A stretch of 62,625 bases of DNA, filler included. It is 4 parts of 4 records of this genome, joined end to end, with 100 filler letters (N's around TTAATTAATTAA, not from the genome) between each part and the next. Parts side by side here need not be neighbours in the genome. Positions count along the whole stretch, not along the records: positions 1 to 31,924 come from SRR31156797_8400; 3 more parts are not named here. One strand, 5' to 3'. A program made the position numbers and the translations under genes. Position 1 is the stretch's first letter; each line of letters begins with the position of its first letter. Of the stretch, positions 1 to 9,736 are shown piece by piece. Below the pieces are notes generated by a model that had not been told where the DNA came from, ran no database searches, and saw only the letters and a list, made by a program, of their open reading frames with translations.

Positions 1-96
1 TTCGCTTTTATTACATAAAAGCTCTATGTAAGTACAATTATTATAAAGCAAAAGCAGTATTATTACAATTATCTGTATAAATAAAATTATTGCAAT

Positions 97-119
97 AAAA
101 AAGAGCGGCAAAGCCGCTC
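97..119 (-). terminator. Intrinsic terminator of the C11 peptidase gene
   Basis: GAGCGGC-AAA-GCCGCTC stem with an adjacent A6 run (U-tail on the minus strand) just past the stop at 131. Confidence 0.75.
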
Positions 120-130
120 AGGTTTATAAT

Positions 131-2578
131 TTAGTTATCGTATTCGATTGCATCTGTCCAGTATGTATTATTATAGATATCTGTTAATTGATATGAATAA
201 ACTACTGGCATATCACCAATATCAACATTGCTTATAGTCAGGTCGCCCTGAACAGTCAATTGTTCGCCCAAGTAATAACTGTCCTCGTATACTTCATCAT
301 ATGAATAGTAATCGCAAATGAAATCAATAACATCTCCATCTTTTATTTCCAGCAAACCTTTAGCAAGACTGGTAGGTGAATCTTCGTACAGATATTGAGC
401 ACCCATGACTATACCATAAGGATTTGTATCATCAAATACTACGACTAAATCAACCAATTCATCGTTTAACATACATGGGATACGTCCTGTAATTATGTAT
501 TCACCGTCATCTGTTACATCTTCTGACACTAAGTAATAGCTGACAACCTGCCCATTAACTGCAAGCCATGTATTGGCATAGTCAATTAACAGATTATTAC
601 CGTCAAATTCATAAACATTGTCTAAACCTAGGTCAATGTATCCTTCGCCGTCATCTGCGAATACGTTTAGACAGATTGAATTAACTAAGTCCCACTTATC
701 ATCTGTCATACTAACTACATAACTGCCATTTGACTGACTAAGGTCTATATCTGACTCTTCCAGGTAGTTATCATTATAGTAGTCTGCATTATCAATAATT
801 GACTCTTTATTAACCCAACTGCTTGATTCACTGGTAGTGGCTCCCAAAATTGACTCCAAGCCACCATTTGAAAGGAATGATGTAAGCAAAGAGCCGACAA
901 TGTCACCTGTAATATCTCCGCCGCTGCTGCCGATTAAATCTGAAACATCAATGCTTGTAGACGAATCTCCTGTAGAGCCAAACAGAGCTTCCAAAGCATT
1001 TGAAGAACCACTGGATATTGACTGTCCGCCTAACTCAAGGTTAGCAAATGACTTAATACATTCACTGTATTCTTCATCAAATCCCATTTCATTATAAGTA
1101 TTTAGCATTGGAGATACTTGAGACATTCTTTGATATGGGAAGTAGATGGACAAACCGTTTGCGTTTGGCACTGAGCGTGAATTTCTATTATATTTTACAC
1201 ATTGAGAAATAGCTTCGATTAATTCATTTGATTCAGTAGTGTTAAGATTCTGAGCAAAATGAACTAAGTCAATTTGATCCAGCTGTCCCTGCGAACCAAA
1301 TTCTTTTGTTCCTGCTCTTGCTTGTGCAACACTACTGTAGTCTTCAGTTTCAATAATATTTTTTGTTGAAACTGCAAATGCTGTAAATTTATCAGGTACT
1401 ATTGCGCTTAATTCAGCTATATCGATTAATGAAAGTGTAACTGATTCAGATGAATTTCTTGCTATACATGTTTCATAAAAATCATCAATAATATTTTTCC
1501 CGATTTCAAGTGTGCTCATTGAAGTATTGCTTGATAATGCAGAAATCCAATCTGTATAGTACCATCCGATACCTGGTTCAGTTTCTTCAGAAGCAATGAG
1601 GTAGTCTGAATGTTTGTCTAGCATCATAGCAGTTTCATATGTTGCCATCAGGCAAGCATCGAATCCTACGAAGTCAAATTTCGTACCTGCTGCAGTTAGG
1701 GCATCATTGATTTCGTCTAATGTCATCGTTGTACTTGATGAGTATTCATCATGACCAAATCCTTGATTTGAACCACCGCCATGATCCCAGAATATTAGTG
1801 CATTTCTATTTGCAGGATAATTTTGAGTGCAATAGTTAATGAAATCAGTTAGAGTATCAGGCTCAGTCATTGTACGTCTGCCCAGATTATCCTCCAGACT
1901 CTTTAGCCCCTGTGAAGTAATCTGATATCTTTGGTTTGTTCCTGCGCTGATAACGCTGTTTTGCCATTTGCTTGCTCCGCCTGTTTCAACGATGATATTC
2001 ACATTGTCAGCAATAGTACCATTAAGCATTTCCTGTAAATCTGCCGTAGCCATACCGCTTCTTGACTCTAGATCAGAACCGCACATATAAATCATAATAG
2101 TAAATACATCCTGACCATTGCCTTGAATAGTAGTATATTTCTCTCTGGCATCCTCAGATACACTAGTATCTAAGTTGATACTTGATGATGAAGAGCTTGA
2201 TGAGCTGCTACTAGAAGAACTACTGCTTGATGAACTATCTGTTGTATCATAAGTACTGTAGTCAGTTACTAATGAATCAATTGAATCAGTTGAAATGATA
2301 CCGCAGCTTTTCAGTAAAAAATATCCAACTAAACAGATAATTCCTATAGTAATTATTTGCTTTAAGCTAAGCCCTGAAGCTGTACTCCTAGTACCCGATG
2401 TATTTGAGCTTGAACTGGTGCTTGAAAATGACTGGGTATTGCTTGTTTTCTTTTTTGAGTATGTAGAATTGCTGCCTACTGGTTTTCCAGTCTTTGCAGA
2501 TTCCCTTTTATAAACATTACCGCCACCAGAAGTTACGTTTTTCTTTCTTCCTCTTGACTTAATATCCTTATTATCCAC
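131..2578 (-). CDS. Clostripain-family (peptidase C11) membrane-anchored cysteine peptidase
   Basis: YMCGSDLES, WDHGGG (catalytic His), FDACLM (catalytic Cys), ASEE motifs; basic N-terminus, one TM helix, poly-Ser linker. Confidence 0.9.
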   Translation of the reverse strand: MDNKDIKSRGRKKNVTSGGGNVYKRESAKTGKPVGSNSTYSKKKTSNTQSFSSTSSSSNTSGTRSTASGLSLKQIITIGIICLVGYFLLKSCGIISTDSIDSLVTDYSTYDTTDSSSSSSSSSSSSSSSSSSSINLDTSVSEDAREKYTTIQGNGQDVFTIMIYMCGSDLESRSGMATADLQEMLNGTIADNVNIIVETGGASKWQNSVISAGTNQRYQITSQGLKSLEDNLGRRTMTEPDTLTDFINYCTQNYPANRNALIFWDHGGGSNQGFGHDEYSSSTTMTLDEINDALTAAGTKFDFVGFDACLMATYETAMMLDKHSDYLIASEETEPGIGWYYTDWISALSSNTSMSTLEIGKNIIDDFYETCIARNSSESVTLSLIDIAELSAIVPDKFTAFAVSTKNIIETEDYSSVAQARAGTKEFGSQGQLDQIDLVHFAQNLNTTESNELIEAISQCVKYNRNSRSVPNANGLSIYFPYQRMSQVSPMLNTYNEMGFDEEYSECIKSFANLELGGQSISSGSSNALEALFGSTGDSSTSIDVSDLIGSSGGDITGDIVGSLLTSFLSNGGLESILGATTSESSSWVNKESIIDNADYYNDNYLEESDIDLSQSNGSYVVSMTDDKWDLVNSICLNVFADDGEGYIDLGLDNVYEFDGNNLLIDYANTWLAVNGQVVSYYLVSEDVTDDGEYIITGRIPCMLNDELVDLVVVFDDTNPYGIVMGAQYLYEDSPTSLAKGLLEIKDGDVIDFICDYYSYDEVYEDSYYLGEQLTVQGDLTISNVDIGDMPVVYSYQLTDIYNNTYWTDAIEYDN

Positions 2579-2665
2579 TATAGTTTACTCCTAAATATAT
2601 ATAATTTTCATTATTATAGCATAAATTTGGAATATTTTTATAAATATATTATAAATTTTTGCATA

Positions 2666-2716
2666 TTGACATTTATCGATATGACAAGTATAATCATATC
2701 GATAATTATCGATATG
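2666..2716 (+). promoter_or_regulatory. Sigma-A promoter plus probable ArsR operator
   Basis: TTGACA (2666)-17 nt-TATAAT (2689), followed by the perfect 22-bp palindrome CATATCGATAATTATCGATATG (2695-2716) just before arsR. Confidence 0.8.
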
Positions 2717-2729
2717 TAATGAGGTCATT

Positions 2730-3083
2730 ATGAATAGTAAAAATTATAAAGAAGATGCATTGGTTATGAAAGCATTCAGTGATGAAAATAGATTAAAAAT
2801 CATTGAACAGATTCGGGACAGGGAAGTATGTGCCTGCTGTATTCTGAAAGGATTAACAATATCTCAGTCTACATTATCACATCATATGAAGATTTTGATA
2901 GAATGCGGAATAATTAACGCAAGAAAAAATGGTAAATGGACACATTACTCTCTTTCAGAGGAGGGAATTAGAAAAGCCAGAGCAATAATAGATGATTTTA
3001 CCAAATTTGGAGAAGAAGAAATAGAAAAGAGTGGATGTCTTATGAATACAGCTCATTCAAAGAATAGTCTATGTAAAAGGTAA
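2730..3083 (+). CDS. ArsR/SmtB family transcriptional repressor
   Basis: KAFSDENRLKII, EVCACCI, SQSTLSHHMKIL, GKWTHYSL winged-HTH pattern. Confidence 0.92.
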   Translation: MNSKNYKEDALVMKAFSDENRLKIIEQIRDREVCACCILKGLTISQSTLSHHMKILIECGIINARKNGKWTHYSLSEEGIRKARAIIDDFTKFGEEEIEKSGCLMNTAHSKNSLCKR

Positions 3084-3115
3084 ATTGTATTACAAATAAT
3101 TAAACGGAGGTTAGT

Positions 3116-3604
3116 TTGAATATATTATTATATATAATAGCAGGAGTTTTACTTGCGATATCATTTATAAAAGATAAAACTAAAACAAAAAAGGCATTGA
3201 AAAAGGCATTGAAAGCAGTTAATAATGTTTTACCACAGTTCTTAGGGGTATTCGTATTAGTTGGAATTACACTTGCAGTTTTTGATGCAGATTTCATATC
3301 AAAATATATTGGCACGAATTCAGGATGGCTTGGAGTTTTAGGAGCTGCCATAATAGGATCTATTACATTGATACCAGGCTTAATAGCATTCCCTACGGCT
3401 TCATTGCTTCTGGATAACGGTGCTGGATATATGCAGATTGGTGCATTTGTTTCTGCGCTAATGATGGTGGGTATTGTGACTTTGCCTGTTGAAATTAAAT
3501 ATTTTAATAAAAAACTTGCTATTACCAGAAACATACTGGCATTTTTGTTTACATTTATTGTAGCATTTATTATTGGGAAGGTGGCAAATGGCATATGGTT
3601 TTAG
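3116..3604 (+). CDS. Small permease (ArsP/DUF318-like half), subunit 1
   Basis: Hydrophobic multi-TM protein, GSITLIPG..AFP motif; TTG start after GGAGG; in operon with arsR. Confidence 0.7.
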   Translation: MNILLYIIAGVLLAISFIKDKTKTKKALKKALKAVNNVLPQFLGVFVLVGITLAVFDADFISKYIGTNSGWLGVLGAAIIGSITLIPGLIAFPTASLLLDNGAGYMQIGAFVSALMMVGIVTLPVEIKYFNKKLAITRNILAFLFTFIVAFIIGKVANGIWF

Positions 3605-4131
3605 AATTTATTAAAAAGTATAGATTTTTTCTAATAACACTGTTAATTTTATTGATATTGTTTATTTTCAATAGACAATTAGGGGTGACAGCAGTAAAAA
3701 CAATTTCTTTTTCAATGAAAGAAATGCTTATGGTTCTACCGCCGATTTTTATTCTGTTAGGATTATTGGATATCTGGGTACCAAGAGAAACAATGATAAA
3801 ATTAATGGGTAAAAATTCTGGATTAAAGGGCATTTTACTGGCATTTATTTTCGGCTCAGTTGCTGCCGGTCCTCTGTATGGAGCTTTTCCTGTAGTAGCA
3901 GTTTTTATGAAGAAGGGTGTCAAATTCAGTAACATCTTAATATTTATCGGAGCATGGTCTACAACAAAAGTACCGATGTTTTTGTTTGAACTATCTTCTC
4001 TGGGAGCACGGTTTGCTGTAACACGGTTACTAATTGACATACCAGGAATATTAATAATTGCATTTATATTAGCTAAGATAGTATCTAAAGACAAGTTAGA
4101 CGAAATCTATAAAAAAGCTGAAACATTATAA
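3595..4131 (+). CDS. Small permease (ArsP/DUF318-like half), subunit 2
   Basis: Multi-TM; GSVAAGPLYGAFP and GAWSTTK motifs; overlaps the previous gene. Confidence 0.72.
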   Translation: MVLEFIKKYRFFLITLLILLILFIFNRQLGVTAVKTISFSMKEMLMVLPPIFILLGLLDIWVPRETMIKLMGKNSGLKGILLAFIFGSVAAGPLYGAFPVVAVFMKKGVKFSNILIFIGAWSTTKVPMFLFELSSLGARFAVTRLLIDIPGILIIAFILAKIVSKDKLDEIYKKAETL

Positions 4132-4137
4132 ATAACT

Positions 4138-4168
4138 AAAAGGTGCTGAATAACTAAACAGCACCTTT
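4138..4168. terminator. Bidirectional terminator
   Basis: AAGGTGCTG...CAGCACCTT stem between convergent genes. Confidence 0.7.
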
Positions 4169-4184
4169 AATCTAAAAACTGATT

Positions 4185-5702
4185 TTATTCAGCATGGGTC
4201 CCATATTCAATGTAAAATGAATATAAGTATCCTTTTTCATCAAACTCAAATAAAACGTCATACTGAGGAATGAATACATAATCATACTCTAATTCATCCA
4301 TAGTTACATCAGATAAATCTTCATATTCATCAAAACATGCATAGTATAAACCACGGGTTCCGTCGTCGTACTTAATAATTCTACCGCAGGGAGGTACGCA
4401 AACCTCGCTTTCACTACCAGAATTAGCTCTATAAAGGATATCAAAGTCATCTGCAGACAATTCTGCATCTAATGAGAACTTAATTGTCACATCGTCAATA
4501 TGGTCACCTATATAAATATTTCTAGGACCTGATATGCTAGGATCAATGATATGAGCGAATATTAAAGTATCATACGAAAAACAAACTGAACCAAATGTAT
4601 AATCATATTTTTCAATTGTATCTCCGGTAGCTTCATATGTAACTGATTCATAATTGATAGGCTCGTCGGTAAACATGGACATAAATTGGTCTTTTGATGC
4701 CATATTGATACAGAGACTATTAATACATGCATCATATTGATTAAACGGTGAAGTCAGCATATCCTGAATTTGATTCTGCAACTCAGTGTCATCAATGAGC
4801 CATGTTGACTGAAGCATCATTGGTATATCAGCAGTAAAGCTGGAAAACTCCTGTCCGTCATCGGACTGTTCGCTGGAATAAGGAAAGTCAAATCTTATAA
4901 CTTCATAATAAGATTTTTGACCGATTTCAAGAAATATATTCTTACCCATTTCATCCTGTAAATTGTCTGAAACATCGATATGGAGTAAGATTGGGTTTAA
5001 TTCCAGTTCATTCTGATCCATAGTAATATGATAGAAATATGTTGCAGTACCGTCTATGACATATGAAACTCTATTGAACCAAGAATCTGGTATTGGAACA
5101 TAGTATCCGCCTTCTTGATTTTCTATTTCATTAGAAGTTATTATTTGACCAATAATTGATTGTGTATTTATCTGCTCATTTGTATTTAAAGTATCTGTTA
5201 CACTAACTGATTGAAGTATCTGTGGAATATCTTCTATTAACGCTGAATACTCTATATCATCTTTTGAGCCTTGATTATATGGTGCGTCGAATCTTATTAC
5301 TTCATAATAAGCTTTTTCGCCAATATTCAGGAATACATTCTTGCCAGTTGTATCCTGAAGATTATCAGATACATCTATATGAAGAAGGACAGGATTAGTT
5401 TCTAATTCATCTTTGTATTTCGTAATATGATAAATATAAGTATGTGTTCCATTGGTTTCGTAGGAAACTTTGTTGAACCAAGACTCTGGGATTGGTATAT
5501 AATAGCCTCCTTCAGAATTCTCAATCTGAGTACTTGCGACAATTGTTCCTTTTATATTGTTAGTTGAGCTTTGTACGTCTGAAGAATTTTCTTGTTGAGA
5601 AGAAGTGTTGTCTATTTCGGTTTCCTTTTCAACTACACAGGCCGAAAAAAGAACCATTGCTGATACAAGAACAAAAGCTATACTCAATTTAAGTTTTCTC
5701 AT
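4185..5702 (-). CDS. Acidic lipoprotein of unknown function with a tandem duplicated domain
   Basis: Lipobox LFSAC; two ~115-aa repeats (EGGYYxPIPxSWFNxVSY...NPxLLHIDVSDNLQD...YYEVIRFDxPY); GGAGG RBS. Confidence 0.75.
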   Translation of the reverse strand: MRKLKLSIAFVLVSAMVLFSACVVEKETEIDNTSSQQENSSDVQSSTNNIKGTIVASTQIENSEGGYYIPIPESWFNKVSYETNGTHTYIYHITKYKDELETNPVLLHIDVSDNLQDTTGKNVFLNIGEKAYYEVIRFDAPYNQGSKDDIEYSALIEDIPQILQSVSVTDTLNTNEQINTQSIIGQIITSNEIENQEGGYYVPIPDSWFNRVSYVIDGTATYFYHITMDQNELELNPILLHIDVSDNLQDEMGKNIFLEIGQKSYYEVIRFDFPYSSEQSDDGQEFSSFTADIPMMLQSTWLIDDTELQNQIQDMLTSPFNQYDACINSLCINMASKDQFMSMFTDEPINYESVTYEATGDTIEKYDYTFGSVCFSYDTLIFAHIIDPSISGPRNIYIGDHIDDVTIKFSLDAELSADDFDILYRANSGSESEVCVPPCGRIIKYDDGTRGLYYACFDEYEDLSDVTMDELEYDYVFIPQYDVLFEFDEKGYLYSFYIEYGTHAE

Positions 5703-5880
5703 TATTGCCTCCCTAATAGTCTATTAATTATTAGAATAAAATTAATACTTTGCATTATTATATAGGTATATTATTATTAGTTCAATAATTTAATTGATTA
5801 AATTTACTTTATCAAAATTAATTAAGTAAAATACATATGTTTACATAAATTTGTATAAAGATATTTCTATAAAATCGATA

Positions 5881-6231
5881 TTAGCTTTTTTTAGCTTCGT
5901 CAACATTTGAGATGAAAGAAATATGGTTTCCTCTATTGGATTCTCTTATAAAATCCTGCAGACTTTTGCTATTATATTTTTCAAATGAACCAACAATTGA
6001 AAGCTTAACATTATAGTTAGAGAACTTTTGCAATAATTCACCGGCCCATCTTGTTTTTAAGTCAAAAAATTCACTCTTCAGGCTTTCTTCATATACGATT
6101 AGTGCTAATTTATTAATATTCTCCTGATAGCTTACTGTAGCAAAAATATCAAGCATTTCATGTATAGAATCTATTTTGGTACTTTTATCAATTTACACAA
6201 TTGCTTTATCACTAAATTTTTCTATTTTCAT
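5881..6231 (-). pseudogene. DUF4180-family gene with an in-frame premature TAA
   Basis: FFDLKTRWAGELLQKFSNY...SKSLQDFIRESNRG matches DUF4180 as I recall it; ATG at 6231 with an RBS is in frame but interrupted by TAA at 6195-6193. Confidence 0.7.
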
Positions 6232-6364
6232 ATTTTTCCTTATATATGATTATTAAAAATTATTTAATAGTCATTAACTCCTTATTATTATTACTTAAGT
6301 GATTATAAGTAATAATAAGGAGTTAATCAACATTATAAAGAATTTATAGATTAAAATCACAATA

Positions 6365-6850
6365 CTATGAGTCATTATCACCTATTTGAAGGTATTTAGC
6401 AAATTCAATAGCTTTTTCAATTTGTCTATCTTCCAGCGGACCTTCGGAATCTCTTACATAAAATTTTTCATAATGTACTTTTGGTGCAAGTTTCTTCCGT
6501 AGAATATTCTCAATTGTATCATTAGCGTAGCCAAAACGTTTTTCCATAAAACTAAGAAATTTATTGTTGATTTTTTTAATATCTGAACGAGTGTCAAACA
6601 CTGCAATCGATATATTATGTGCAATATTTGACGGTATTTTTCTGACAAATTTTTTAATTTTACTTGTTGGAGCAAATGCTCTGGTGGGTGAGCCAATAAT
6701 TATTAAATCAAAATCCGACAAAGGTTCATCAATTGCATATTTTACTTTTAAAAGTTTTGTATTGTTATTCTTAGAGATTTCAGTATAGATAGTATTGGCG
6801 ATTTTTTTGGTATTTCCATAGTAAGAATCATAAGTTATTAAAATATTCAT
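6365..6850 (-). CDS. Flavodoxin family protein
   Basis: YDSYYGNTKKIA FMN-phosphate loop, IIGSPT, AVFDTR. Confidence 0.88.
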   Translation of the reverse strand: MNILITYDSYYGNTKKIANTIYTEISKNNNTKLLKVKYAIDEPLSDFDLIIIGSPTRAFAPTSKIKKFVRKIPSNIAHNISIAVFDTRSDIKKINNKFLSFMEKRFGYANDTIENILRKKLAPKVHYEKFYVRDSEGPLEDRQIEKAIEFAKYLQIGDNDS

Positions 6851-7087
6851 GTGAAACTCCTTTCATTTATATTGATGGTTTGTAATGCTTTAGGCAGTAA
6901 TAATTAATAGTAAATGATTTATTATATTGTTTATGATAATATAATATAACTCTATATTAATATATACTGGTTAAAAAATATGTAAATTCAATGTAATATT
7001 ACAATATCTTTATATTATTATATTGACAATAAACAGATAATAATATAGTATGATGTAAATTTTTTGGTATGGATACAAGGAGAAAAA

Positions 7088-7699
7088 ATGAAAAAAGTAA
7101 ATGAAATGGTTTATCAAATTGGTAAATTAAGATTAGGTCAGGTTTATCTTATAAAGGAAGATAACCAGATAACACTAGTTGATACAGGGAAAAAAGGCGA
7201 CTTCAAAAAGATTACAAAACAGCTAAATGAATTTAATATAAATCTTGAAGACGTGGACAATATCATAATTACTCATTCTCACCAAGACCATGTTGGAAGT
7301 TTGAAAGAACTTACTGAAGCAGCCAAAGCAAGAGTTCTAGTCCATGAACATGATAAAGAAGAGATTGATAAAATCTATAATAGTGAAGATGTAGAAATAG
7401 TCAGTGATAAGCAAATTTTAGATATACTTGGAGGACTTGAAGTTATACATATTCCCGGACATACTGATGGAAATATTGCACTTTATAGTATTAAATACAA
7501 ATTGCTTTTAGCTGGTGACTGTGTATTTAATAATATAAGATTATCTTTGCCTCCTATTATCTTTAATAGTAATACTAAAGACTTTAAAAAGAATGTGAAA
7601 GTTTTACTTGATTATGATATTGAAATTATTTGCCCTGGACATGGTAATTTCATAAATGAGAATGCCAAAGAACGACTATCGAAATTGTTAGATTACTAA
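7088..7699 (+). CDS. MBL-fold metallo-hydrolase
   Basis: LVDTG, THSHQDHVG, PGHT, GD, PGHG; ATG at 7088 after AGGAG. Confidence 0.9.
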   Translation: MKKVNEMVYQIGKLRLGQVYLIKEDNQITLVDTGKKGDFKKITKQLNEFNINLEDVDNIIITHSHQDHVGSLKELTEAAKARVLVHEHDKEEIDKIYNSEDVEIVSDKQILDILGGLEVIHIPGHTDGNIALYSIKYKLLLAGDCVFNNIRLSLPPIIFNSNTKDFKKNVKVLLDYDIEIICPGHGNFINENAKERLSKLLDY

Positions 7700-7737
7700 C
7701 TTATTTAGAATTATAGGAGCAATGAAACTGCTCCTTT

Positions 7738-8271
7738 TTAATTAGTTAAGTCTTCAATCAGTTCTTTTATCCAATTTACTGCAAATTCAGATACACCTAT
7801 ACCATAGTCAACAGTAACTAGCTGATATTTAGCTATATTCTTAAACTCAGGTTTAAGCTCAAGTGAATTATTATTATCTTTAATAGTTTTCAAAGTTGAT
7901 ACATATTCTTCTGCTTGATTTAACATTTGCTTTAATATATTGATTTTTTGTTCGTTTTCTTTAATTAGTCCAAGAAAATAGATTTTACTTAAAATTACGG
8001 TTTCTAAATCTTTTTCTGTGATTTTAGTATTTATCCAATTATAAAACTGTTCAGTTCCTTGTGATTTAATATGATATATCTTTTTATTACGTCCGTTTTC
8101 AACTTTTTCTTCAAAATATATTAATCCTTGATTTAAAAGCTTTTTTATAGCATATTGTAAATTGCCATAGCTTGCTGAGTATATAAGGCTTAATCCTTTA
8201 TTAAAGTTAGTGTTTAGTTCATATATAGTCATGCTTCGTAGAATTAGTAAACCTAATACAATGTATTCCAT
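7738..8271 (-). CDS. PadR family transcriptional regulator
   Basis: YIVLGLL, SASYGNLQYAIKKL, ENGRNKKIYHI; helical C-terminal domain. Confidence 0.88.
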   Translation of the reverse strand: MEYIVLGLLILRSMTIYELNTNFNKGLSLIYSASYGNLQYAIKKLLNQGLIYFEEKVENGRNKKIYHIKSQGTEQFYNWINTKITEKDLETVILSKIYFLGLIKENEQKINILKQMLNQAEEYVSTLKTIKDNNNSLELKPEFKNIAKYQLVTVDYGIGVSEFAVNWIKELIEDLTN

Positions 8272-8482
8272 AATATCTCCTCATATACTGTACCTAGCTA
8301 GGAGTCAGCTGTGTTACACATATACGCTAATGTATCCACTTGCTATAGTATTGTTTCATTTCAAAAAGATTCTTAATATATCTAATAGTAATATAAAAAT
8401 TCTTTATATGCAAGTATTGACAATAATTAATCCGTATATTACTATTAGTAATATATAGATTCGGAATATAAAGGAGATAATT

Positions 8483-9658
8483 ATGAATAAAATACTATGG
8501 ACGTTAATAATAGTCTTTATGATTGCAGTAATCGCAATTCTAGTAATGATTATGATGAATTCTGGTTCAATAAGTAAGGTAGAGGCGGAAAAGGAAATTG
8601 ATAAATTGGTTGAAGGACAATTAGGGAAAAATAATATCACTAATGCAATAGTTTATGTGGATTCCAAAGAATATGGGATAAATAGAGTATTTACTGCTGG
8701 TAAAATAAATGACGCAGATATTGATTCATCTCAGCCTTTCCATGTTGCTAGCGTAGGCAAGGCTTTTACAGCAACGTTAATTGGATGTTTAATTGATGAT
8801 GGAAGTATTAGTCTTGACGACTTTGCCGCTGATTATTTAGATGATAATATGCTGGATAAACTTTTTGTAGTAGATGGTATTGATTATAGTTCAAAGGTAA
8901 CAATACGTCATCTATTAAGTCATACAAGCGGTGTCGCTGATTACTTTGATGATGAAACTATTGGAACTAAATCTATGGAAGATTGGGTACTAGAGGAAAA
9001 GGATAAAGTCTGGTCTCCTATTGATTTAATTAATTTCACAAGAGATTATCAGCAAACAACTGCAATACCTGGGGAGACATACCACTATTCAGATACAGGT
9101 TATATTTTGCTTGGATTGATTATTGAGGCAGTAACAGAAAAATCTTTCCACGAATATCTTCATGAAAAAATATTTAATCCGCTTAATATGAATGATTCTT
9201 ATCTCATGTTTTATTCAGAACCTGCTAACAGCATCCGACCTATAGCGGATGTCTGGTTCCATGGAGTAAATATTAAAGATTATAATTCTCTAAGTATTGA
9301 CTGGGCAGGGGGAGGAATTGTATCCACTTCAATGGACTTGGGAATATTTATAAGAGCATTAAATAATTATGAAATAATATCAGAAGAAACATTAAATTCG
9401 CTTTACCAGTTTGATTATAAATTTGTAAACGGAATTCACTATGGTAATGGATTTATGGAGTATCATTTTGGTGAATTCTTTCCTACATTAAAGTCATTGC
9501 CAAATTATACTGGGCATATGGGTGTCTTAGGGACGCAGATGTTCTATGATAAGAATACTGATACAGTGTACATATCAAGCTTTGGATCAAATGACGCAAC
9601 ATCCAGCAGTGTACAGATTATGATAAGGATAATAAGTACGCTGGAACGAATTGAGTGA
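8483..9658 (+). CDS. Serine hydrolase, beta-lactamase/D-Ala-D-Ala carboxypeptidase (class C-like) family
   Basis: SVGK (SxxK), LLSHTSG, YSD (YxN-like), GHMG; N-terminal anchor. Confidence 0.88.
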   Translation: MNKILWTLIIVFMIAVIAILVMIMMNSGSISKVEAEKEIDKLVEGQLGKNNITNAIVYVDSKEYGINRVFTAGKINDADIDSSQPFHVASVGKAFTATLIGCLIDDGSISLDDFAADYLDDNMLDKLFVVDGIDYSSKVTIRHLLSHTSGVADYFDDETIGTKSMEDWVLEEKDKVWSPIDLINFTRDYQQTTAIPGETYHYSDTGYILLGLIIEAVTEKSFHEYLHEKIFNPLNMNDSYLMFYSEPANSIRPIADVWFHGVNIKDYNSLSIDWAGGGIVSTSMDLGIFIRALNNYEIISEETLNSLYQFDYKFVNGIHYGNGFMEYHFGEFFPTLKSLPNYTGHMGVLGTQMFYDKNTDTVYISSFGSNDATSSSVQIMIRIISTLERIE

Positions 9659-9688
9659 TTATTGGAACAAGTCATATTTATGCATATT

Positions 9689-9720
9689 AAAAAACCAACT
9701 TTTTAGTGAAGTTGGTTTTT
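9689..9720. terminator. Bidirectional terminator
   Basis: AAAAAACCAACTT...AAGTTGGTTTTT between convergent genes. Confidence 0.75.
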
Positions 9721-9736
9721 CTTATATAAAATCTAA

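Noticed and set aside
2180-2240. Low-complexity repeat-like DNA
   Set aside because: Encodes the poly-Ser linker of the C11 peptidase; no repeat-spacer structure
3100-4094. Minus-strand ORFs of 164 and 174 aa
   Set aside because: Antisense mirrors of the two permease genes
8483-9658. Antibiotic-resistance beta-lactamase call (also for the MBL-fold genes)
   Set aside because: Motifs support only the broad hydrolase folds, not a resistance function
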